Shown here one piece after another: positions 27,708 through 35,151 of a stretch of DNA of 35,151 nt. A program made the position numbers and the translations under genes. The DNA lies in contig JWZX01002534.1 in NCBI GenBank assembly GCA_001275005.1, forward strand, positions 1 to 35,151, read 5' to 3'. Source of the stretch: Chrysochromulina tobinii (taxonomy: Eukaryota). Within the stretch, counting starts at the first letter, position 1. Each line of letters starts with the position of its first letter. The notes under the pieces are model-generated. The model was not told the origin of the DNA, ran no database searches, and was given only the letters and a program-made list of their open reading frames with translations.

Positions 27708-29783
27708 CTAGGGTGTGTCCGCATGATCTCGCCAATACTTTGGCTGGGATCGCAGTGGGGCTTCCGAACCTCGGCGCTGGAGCTTCGTAGTCGTAGTTGG
27801 CGAGCTCAGGAGCGGCTCAGGAACGAGCTCAGGAAGTCGGCGACCTCGACGTTTGGGTGGTGAGGGCAAGGGCGGTGTCGGCGGCGGCGGCGGGGCGGTA
27901 GGAGGTGGTGAGGGCGGGGGCGGCGGCGGCGAGGGCGAGGGCGGTGTCGGCGGCGGCGGGGCGGGAGGAGGTGGTGAAGGCGAGGGCGGTGGCGGCGAGG
28001 GCGATGGCGGTGTCGGCGGCAGAGGTGAGGGTGGCGGCGGCGTGGGCGGAGGTTGCGATGGATCGGACGACGGTGCAGATGGGGCTTGGCCACTCTGGTC
28101 AGCATCCCGCTCTCGGAACAGATCCACGGCCTGAATCTCGGCCTCGAGATAGACCTCTTGAACATCCCCAGTCGCGGTCCGCTGAAAGGTAGCAGCGGGG
28201 TCGGTGGAGCAACTTGTGCTCGTCACGTTGTACTTAGAAGACGCCAGGGATGCCGTGCCGCCGAGCATGATATTCACGCCGGGGGATCCCATCGGCTTTT
28301 CGGACAGTCCGACGAGGTGAAGAGCATCGCCGAGGCACTGGTCAGCACCTGGAGCACCGTTCCAGCAGTCCTCGACGTACATCGTGCGGTCGGTGTAGCT
28401 GCTCGACACGGTTGCAAACGGGTTCGGGGGGCGCACGAAGCTGCAGTCGAATCGTGAGCCGGACACACTGAATCTGCGGAAGATGGAGAACTGCCTATCA
28501 ACCTCCTTTCGAATGAGTGTGAACGTCGCGACCTTGGGGTTGTCTCTCATCGAGCTGAGCTCCTTATTCCACGCCTTCATCGCCTTCTCGTTACGCGTGA
28601 TCGTGCAATTCGACGCCGCATCGTCCTTTAAGTACGACGGGCCCGTATTCGCGTTGACCCACTGTGGGAACATCTTGACCGTGATCGTGCAGTCCGATGG
28701 GAGGCATACGTATGCGGGCACGCTCGCACAGACTTGGTCGCGGATGCGGACAAAGTACTCACCGAGGTCGTAATGCAACCCCTCATACAGCAATGGAGAC
28801 TCACCGACGAGACTCTTGTCCGGCTGCATGCCCATCGGCTTGGATCTGAGCTTCCCGATCCTCTGAGTCAGCTGCGTGTTGTTCTTCTGTATGAGTACAC
28901 CATTGTCCGCGTTGAAGATGGATCCAGGAAACACGCACCCAGGGGCCGCATTCGTCGACCACAGCCCGCTGGGATTCGCGAACGGCTCCCCAAGGTCGAA
29001 CATGCACGGGTGGGTATTGAGGGCTGCCCCAAAGTCCGTCGTGCCGCTTCCGTGGTCAGAGACAATGACGAGCACCTGTGCGCGGAACGGATCCGGTGTC
29101 GGTGCGGGGGCTTCCTCGTCTGCAGGCTCGGTCTTCTCGGTCTTCTCGGTCGGAGGCTCGGTCGGATAGCCAACATCCCACGGGTAAATGATGGGCGGCG
29201 ATGGCGTTGGCGTTGGCGGAGTCGGCGGTGCTGGCGGTGGCGGTGGCGGTGGCGGCGGCGGCGGGCGCCGCGGCGGTGGTGGCGGCGGGGGAGGCGGCGG
29301 TGGTTGGCGCAGCAGCGACGGTGGCTGGCGCAGCAGCGACGGTGGCGGCGGCGGCGGCGGCCTCGCTGCAACTGGTTGAGGCTCTGCTGCATGCTGCTGA
29401 GTCCACGCAGCCCTGCAGCAGTGCTGCTCAGGGCAAACGGACGACGCGAAGTAGCCAAAGCTGCACGCCGCGTCGCCGATGTCATATCCTGGGCGGCAGC
29501 ACGCACCACCCGTGCCGCAGAAGCCTGGGCAAGCGCCACCCCGATGGCTGCAGTCGTTCCAGCATTCGCTGTTGCTGTTCAAGACCGGACCGAAGGGCTG
29601 TCCTGGGGTGAGTTCTGGCTCCGGTATCAGTGTGACTGTTGAATCCGGATCCGGTAGTTGCGCTGGCAACGGTGCAGCTGCGGGTGCCGGTGCTGGTGCC
29701 AGTGTGGGGGGTGGCGCTTCTGCCACATGCTGAAAAGGCGGCCACTTCGCGCAGAAGTAGGAGCCGCAGCTGCGGCTCGCCAT
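27708..29783 (-). CDS. Pro-rich (extensin/pherophorin-like stalks) protein with Cys-rich module and sulfotransferase-like domain
   Basis: Cys module ECWNDC...GGACPGFCGTGGACCR...HCC. VLVIVSDHGSGTTDFGAALNTHP...LGEPF resembles a 5'-PSB loop, and FTLIRKEVDRQFS a 3'-PB motif. Poly-Pro/SPn stalks lie on both sides. Start is uncertain (ATG 29783 chosen; frame open to 30149). Confidence 0.7.
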   Translation of the reverse strand: MASRSCGSYFCAKWPPFQHVAEAPPPTLAPAPAPAAAPLPAQLPDPDSTVTLIPEPELTPGQPFGPVLNSNSECWNDCSHRGGACPGFCGTGGACCRPGYDIGDAACSFGYFASSVCPEQHCCRAAWTQQHAAEPQPVAARPPPPPPPSLLRQPPSLLRQPPPPPPPPPPPRRPPPPPPPPPPPAPPTPPTPTPSPPIIYPWDVGYPTEPPTEKTEKTEPADEEAPAPTPDPFRAQVLVIVSDHGSGTTDFGAALNTHPCMFDLGEPFANPSGLWSTNAAPGCVFPGSIFNADNGVLIQKNNTQLTQRIGKLRSKPMGMQPDKSLVGESPLLYEGLHYDLGEYFVRIRDQVCASVPAYVCLPSDCTITVKMFPQWVNANTGPSYLKDDAASNCTITRNEKAMKAWNKELSSMRDNPKVATFTLIRKEVDRQFSIFRRFSVSGSRFDCSFVRPPNPFATVSSSYTDRTMYVEDCWNGAPGADQCLGDALHLVGLSEKPMGSPGVNIMLGGTASLASSKYNVTSTSCSTDPAATFQRTATGDVQEVYLEAEIQAVDLFRERDADQSGQAPSAPSSDPSQPPPTPPPPSPLPPTPPSPSPPPPSPSPPPPAPPPPTPPSPSPPPPPPSPPPTAPPPPPTPPLPSPPKRRGRRLPELVPEPLLSSPTTTTKLQRRGSEAPLRSQPKYWRDHADTP
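27855..28050 (-). repeat. Low-complexity Pro-rich coding repeat (SPn/TPn)
   Basis: (ggc)n and ggcgag-rich run encoding PPPTPPPPSPLPPTPPSPSPPPP... Confidence 0.9.
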
Positions 29784-30356
29784 TTTATGCTCTCGATCCG
29801 GATATAAATCCCCCGAAATCTCGATTGGCACGCCGATGAAGAGAATGGGGATGAGCAGCATGATGGGAACTGTAGAGCGGTCTGAGTTCCTTTTTAGGAT
29901 TCGAAACATCTTTCTCCTTTTTAGGTTTAAAAACGTCCTGGATGGGTCCTGGAGGGGTAGGTGAGAGGCGCGTGGGTTTGGCTTGGCAGGCGAGGTCGCA
30001 TCTACAGTCAGCATGGAGGGGTTCATCTTTGATCCACGAGCTCTCCGGGAGAAGCACCAAGAGTTTGAGACGCAACAGACGGGGTTCCGCATTATGGGGT
30101 GCCGGGCGAACCAATGAGCAACATTCACGCAAACAACATTCATCACCACAAACCACCATCACAAAGCCAAAACACATGAATACATGTAGTAGCATGAATA
30201 CTGCATGAAAAGGTTGCACCGAGTCTTCCGTTTCGTAAGAGAAGGTGGAGATTTTCAAACTCGCGGACATTCCGATTTTTGCATGCACGAACCAGATCGT
30301 TGGTCTTGTCTTCTCCGTTCATGTGAATTTTTGTTGGCTTCACTGCATTTTTCGCT

Positions 30357-30866
30357 ATGTTGGCTTCCACTGCAGCTTCCACGACGTTTGAGGCCCTAAG
30401 CGTAAACGAGTTCTTCGACGCGTGCCCGAACAGCATGAGCACCACGGACACGCGCACTGTCAGTGAAATCTCAGACTACCTTGTGCAAAAGTGCACGTTG
30501 GAGCATGCGACCCAGATACTCTTGGTGCTTGACCTGAACAAGGACGGGATCATCGGCCGCAACGAGTTTGTCAAAGGCCACAAGGCGGGCACCTTGGCCG
30601 TCATAAAGAAAATAGAGAGAATGGCTTCAGGCAGCCTTGAGGCACTTGTGGCGCTCACTCGCAACGGCGATGCTGAAGATAAGACGAGCGCAGCGGGCGC
30701 GTTGTCGATTCTGGCGCGAGACAGTGCTGCCAACAAGGCGGCGATCGTGGCGGCGGGCGGCATTGAGGCGCTTGTAGCGCTCACCCGCGATGGCGACGCT
30801 ACATGCAAGGCGGCCGCAGCTGGCGCGTTGGCAACTCTTTTGTCTGGTGCTGAGGCGATTGCATAA
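30357..30866 (+). CDS. EF-hand plus two Armadillo repeats protein
   Basis: EF loop DLNKDGIIGRNE. ARM repeats GSLEALVALTRNGDAEDKTSAAGALSILA and NKAAIVAAGGIEALVALTRDGDATCKAAAAGALATL. Confidence 0.8.
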   Translation: MLASTAASTTFEALSVNEFFDACPNSMSTTDTRTVSEISDYLVQKCTLEHATQILLVLDLNKDGIIGRNEFVKGHKAGTLAVIKKIERMASGSLEALVALTRNGDAEDKTSAAGALSILARDSAANKAAIVAAGGIEALVALTRDGDATCKAAAAGALATLLSGAEAIA

Positions 30867-31260
30867 CACAGGACGCAGCCACGAGGCTCACTTCACACCT
30901 CAGTGTGCTCATCAGGCTCAGCTCAGGTTTTGAGTGACGTGAGTTTTGTCTTGAACAAGCCACCCTCTAGTTCAAAGGACCTCCCGTAAACCTCCCGGTG
31001 TGTGGTGGGAGAATTTTAGGTGCTGCGGGCGTCTACGACGTGAGCGTCGAGAGCTCGTCACTACGTCGTCAGCCGGTGCGCAGTTGGTTCTTGTATCATG
31101 TTGTATCGACGGATGTATAGTACGAACAATTGAGGTTTTTGATCCGCCGCTCGTCAGAACGATCGCCTGTGAGAGCTCACTTGACATACAGCCTCTCCAA
31201 GCATCGCCCCACACAAATCTTAAATCGCGCCTCTCCTCACGGCCTCTCCTATCCTCCCTC

Positions 31261-32171
31261 TCATAGTCCTGCGATGCCGATGCCGATCATGCCATTCGGG
31301 CAGCCCAAGTCAACAATGCGGCCCTGCTTGAGCAAGGCGTTTGCCAGGCCGTTGTAGCTGTTTGGGTAGTTCTCGTCAAATTTGAACCCGTCGTGGAATT
31401 GGTGATAGGGCTCCGCTTGGTAGAACGGAAATGTGTTTGTGTCCATGATGAATGCCACCGCGCGCGCATCGGGGTCGTCGCCCTTGCCATTGGCGAAATC
31501 CAGCTTGTCGCCGTTGGCGATCGATGCCTTGACCACGGCCTGAGCGAGCGGTGATTTGGTGCCGCCCGGCAGGCCGACGACATTGCGATACTCAAGGCCA
31601 CGGTCCCCAAACTGGTCAGGGCGATTACCGTTCTCATCAAAGAGCTTGGCGTACTCGGCCGCGAACTCCGGCACGCTGCTCGGTGGGATCCGTAGGCGCA
31701 CCACCTCCGCGTGGCCGAGCGAACCGTAGTCCGACACTTGTAGCGCATTGTGGTAGCACACCTTGCCATCCTTCGCACCTGCTTTGCCGCCAGCATAGCC
31801 CACCAGTGCTGTAAGCTCACTGTCCTTGCGGCCCAGAATGCGACGCTCCGCCTCCACAAATTCGTGCTGAACGTGCCAGAAGCCTGCGAAGGTCAACACG
31901 AGTCGAGAGAGGTGGAACGGCACAATGAAAGCGTGTGAACGGCACAATGATAGCATGGGAGTCTGGGAGTCTTGCATCGCTCACAGCCGCAACCAAAGTA
32001 GACGTCGATCAGCTCCTCGTCTGCAGCTCGTGCAGGCATACAGGGCGCAGCCAGAGCCGCAGCAGCGGCCGACAGTGCACCACGGCGACTGATCAACGAG
32101 GTTTTAGCAGCAGCCGCACTCGCGATAGCGACCAAGCATGAGAAAACGCGCATCTCAACAGGAAACTTCAT
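31261..32171 (-). CDS. Peptide methionine sulfoxide reductase MsrA-like, probably plastid/lumen-targeted (exons 32171-31985, 31883-31261)
   Basis: A 101-nt GTGAGC...TCGCAG intron (31984-31884) restores the catalytic YFGCGCFW. Also VGYAGG, GHAEVV and FYQAEPYHQFH. The leader has a signal peptide, SRRGAL and PARA. Alternative start at 32153. Confidence 0.9.
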
Positions 32172-32385
32172 GTAAATGACCTGGTGACCTGTGCCGCTGG
32201 GCTGTGGGAATTCAACTCACGTGATTCACGTTCACGTTAAATTGCCCTCTCGTGAGAATTCAACTCTAGTGATCGGAGAGCGCCGAAGGGCTGATCATGT
32301 GGGGAAGCTTGGGCTGAGTGATGTGTGAAACATCTCAGTGTGGAACCATTGGCATTGTGGGTGCCACTACTGTGGAACCCAATTG

Positions 32386-32452
32386 GTGAGTGAGTGAGTG
32401 AGTGAGTGACGAGTCTCGAGTGAGTGAGTGAGTGAGTGAGTGAGTGAGTGAG
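32386..32452. repeat. (GAGT)n tetranucleotide microsatellite, interrupted
   Basis: gtgagtgagt... with a short interruption at about 32410-32417. Confidence 0.97.
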
Positions 32453-32837
32453 AACCATTTCAGACAGCTCTGCCGAGTTGACCCTGGACTGTTATCTGTT
32501 CAGTGCCTGACATGGTCAATAAACCTACCCATTGCTCCGCGTATCTGCCGACGGACGGAAGCCACATGGCCAGTGAGAGACGCTATAAAAATTGTGAGCT
32601 GACTCAGGGAGCAGGGACCGTGACCTGCTAAGAACTTACAAGCGCTGCACGCTCGGAGACGGCTGTGGCTGCGTGCTGGCGAGGCAGCTGTCCGCACTTT
32701 GGTCGCGGCGCGGGACTTGGCCGGCGACTTCGCAGGGGCCGGGGCGCCCCCGGCACGCCCATGGACCAAGACAGCGGCCATCGCGGCCACGGCCTCCAGC
32801 TTCGCTGGTTTGAACGAGCAAGACGCCTCGTCGCCGT

Positions 32838-33482
32838 CTACTCAGTGAGCCCGGGCTTGAGCTGCGCACTCGCGAAGCGGCTAAACATGGAGAAGCAGCC
32901 GAAGAGGCAGATGGCCATCACGACCTTGGACACCAGGTTGGCTGTCGAGTCCTCCGAGGCCTTGCCCGCAATGATGTTGGCGATGCTCCCCGCTGATGAG
33001 CCTGCAAGGACCCACACTCCCGACCACATCGTGTTGAAGAACACGGCGATGAGTAAGTACCGGCGCATCGTGACGAGCTCGGGGGGGAAGATGCTCAGCG
33101 CGTAGAGTTTGAAGGGCGTCGGCATCGGCGCCGCGCGGAGCGTGCTCATCGTCTGGATCGGAAGCTCATGAAGCTCCCGCAGCAGATGCTTGTGGTATCT
33201 TCGCCAGCTGGGCCGTGAGTCTAGCTGGCGAAGAATCAGCGGCTGCAAGAAGGTGCGGCCGAGGAACAGCGCGAGCACGTTGCCGAGCGTCTTCCCCGAT
33301 GCGGACGTGATCATCGCCACATGCTTGCTGAAGCAGAAGCCAGCGGTGAGCTCAATCGGTGTCGTTGGAAGGCAGAGCGCGGTCCACGCAGAAAGTGCTA
33401 GTACGTAGCCGATCTGCCCGGGCAGGCCGAGCTTCGAGAGGTTTTCCAGTGCTTCGAGCACGGGCGCGACCAAAGCCGCCAT
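32838..33482 (-). CDS. VTT/SNARE-associated (TVP38/TMEM64, DedA superfamily) membrane protein
   Basis: LCLPTTPIELTAGFCF, GKTLGNVLALFLGR and LRAAPMPTPFKLYALS with several hydrophobic helices. The C-terminus may extend past a 1-nt frameshift (see findings). Confidence 0.85.
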   Translation of the reverse strand: MAALVAPVLEALENLSKLGLPGQIGYVLALSAWTALCLPTTPIELTAGFCFSKHVAMITSASGKTLGNVLALFLGRTFLQPLILRQLDSRPSWRRYHKHLLRELHELPIQTMSTLRAAPMPTPFKLYALSIFPPELVTMRRYLLIAVFFNTMWSGVWVLAGSSAGSIANIIAGKASEDSTANLVSKVVMAICLFGCFSMFSRFASAQLKPGLTE

Positions 33483-33554
33483 TAGGAAGGTGTGACACAC
33501 AGAGTGAGTCGCGGCGGGTAAGTGAGTCGCGCGGGGATCCCCCGCGAGTCGCGA

Positions 33555-33732
33555 CGCGGGATCGCGCGCGATATCGCGCGACTTTGCTGCGATGTCGCGT
33601 ACGATGTCGCGAGCATTCTCGCGTGCAGCCTCGCGGCGCGGCCTCGCACGCGTTCTCGGGCGCAATAGCGCACGCGGCCTCACGCGCGGCCTCACACGCG
33701 ACCTCGCACACGTTCTCGCACTTGTTCTCGCT
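33555..33732. repeat. Degenerate 12-bp-period CpG-rich minisatellite (~14 units)
   Basis: Units such as cgcggcctcgca, cgcgttctcggg, cgcgacctcgca and tacgatgtcgcg. Contains the perfect palindrome cgcgcgatatcgcgcg (33565-33580). Confidence 0.85.
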
Positions 33733-35151
33733 CGCGGGCCGCCCCGCGAGCCGCGCTGCCCCTGCCAGCGACGCCTCCTGCCAAGCGATCGGCGGCCGCA
33801 ATGGCTCCCTCTCTCCCCGTGGTGAGCGCGGCGTATCTGACGACCTTGCACCACGTCCCCAGCAGCTTCCTCGAGCCGTGCCCGCTGCAGGCACGTCCGC
33901 CGAGTGCGCCGCCAAGCTCCACTGGCACCCCTTTCGTCGACACGCTGGCGTGGATCTTGGGGGAGCTGCACTGCAGCGGTCGGAGGCGATCGACGGGGCG
34001 AAGGACAGCGGGGCCGTACAACGACAAGTCCGAGGCCGTGTGCTCCTACGACGCCCTACGCCTTGGGCTGGACGCGTTCGGGATACTAGTCCGTGGACCG
34101 AGCCGCCTGTGAACGCGTGGGCGTGGTAGGCGGCATCGCAGCTCGTCGGCAGCACGGCTCGGAATGCCTACTTCCAAGGGGAAACGCAGCGGCTGTGCGT
34201 TGCGCGCGCCGTGTGTGCCCGCCGCAGTGCCTGGTTGTGTGCTTCATCAGGGCAGCTTCGTACGGCTGCTGCCTGCTTATCCTGTAAGCACGCAGCAGCC
34301 GTCTTTGCGTCACCCGGCCTCTCGGGCTGCCCTCCCAGTGGGTGGGCGGCTCGAGGGGCCCTCTGAACTCCTTTGGGGCGCCCACGCAGGTGTGCGGCAG
34401 CCCTCTCGAGCGCTATCCTCTCATGGGCCGGAACGGGCGCCGGTTCTGCGCGTTTATTCGTTTGGGTCAGAGGGCGTTTTGCAGGCGCCTTCTCTTTTTA
34501 AGGTGTACCCAAGGCGTTACGCAAGCATCATCTCGTGAGCCTGCGCTCAACTCGTTTGGTGTTAGTTTGGCTACTGTGCAAACTTTTACTTTAGGATTCC
34601 GCAATTCAATCGTACTAAGATCGATATCGTGGTGGTCCCACATCGTTTATGGTTTAACCCATCGAGCATCCTCGTCGGTTATTAATAATGCCTGAGTCCT
34701 GAGTGTGGAGGTATGCGCGGCATTTCTATCGTGTTTAGGGGCGTTGCGGTCCAGACCAGATTTTCCGATCGGGAAATGTGTATGCATACAAAAGGTACGA
34801 TGCATGCATAAACTCTTCTGTTTTGTCACGGGACAGGCCCGACGTGTGAAACAGCTAACAGGTGTCAGTCCACACTCAGGTCGCAGAACAGAGTCGGGCC
34901 CGGATGGAAGCGCGTGTTCGCCTCTTTGCGATAATGGCCAGTGGCGCCGTAAGTGGCGCCGCGTCGTCGAAACCTGCCACGGGTCCAAGGGCCTGCTCAG
35001 CGTCACCTTGCACTTGAGCTTCACCTTATTCCACAGTCGTACGGCATGTACTCGTCACTCGAGCCCGCCTCAGTCACCGCGGCCGACTTGACGTGCAAGT
35101 CCACGACGCCCGTCGGGTCGGACATGGAGTCCAGCAACCAGCCACGCTCCT

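Noticed and set aside
5314..29783. Secondary-metabolite cluster (FSH1 esterase, TauD dioxygenase, PCCB, sulfotransferase-like, GNAT)
   Set aside because: No PKS/NRPS or other core synthase in the window, and the genes are interspersed with unrelated housekeeping genes.
33801..35151. Short ORFs and a lone TTTAGGG near 34734-34740
   Set aside because: No coherent protein motifs, and a single heptamer is not a telomeric array. Treated as intergenic or unresolved.

Overview
GC-rich, gene-dense eukaryotic DNA with few, short GT-AG introns. Signal-peptide/twin-Arg presequences and the gene content suggest a secondary-plastid alga, probably a haptophyte (inference). About 13 protein-coding genes can be supported: a two-domain glyoxalase/VOC protein, a single-repeat Myb/SANT protein, an FSH1 serine hydrolase, a TauD-type dioxygenase, an NCA2/DGS1-like protein, a TUTase-exonuclease-S1 fusion, a giant triple CbbX-type AAA+ protein, the propionyl-CoA carboxylase beta chain, a saposin/canopy-like protein, a Pro-rich sulfotransferase-like protein, an EF-hand/ARM protein, an MsrA-like protein and a VTT/DedA membrane protein. 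There is also a GNAT relic disrupted by duplications and a pair of ORFs sharing a leader. The most striking part is the convergent, apparently intronless pair at 11.2-24.9 kb. One gene encodes a URT1/Cid1-type terminal nucleotidyltransferase, an intact DEDDy 3'-5' exonuclease and S1 domain(s) in one chain. The other encodes a ~2,960-aa protein with three AAA+ modules and E3-ligase-type interaction domains. It is a candidate RNA-surveillance or defence locus. All family assignments come from motif recognition by eye; no database searches were run.
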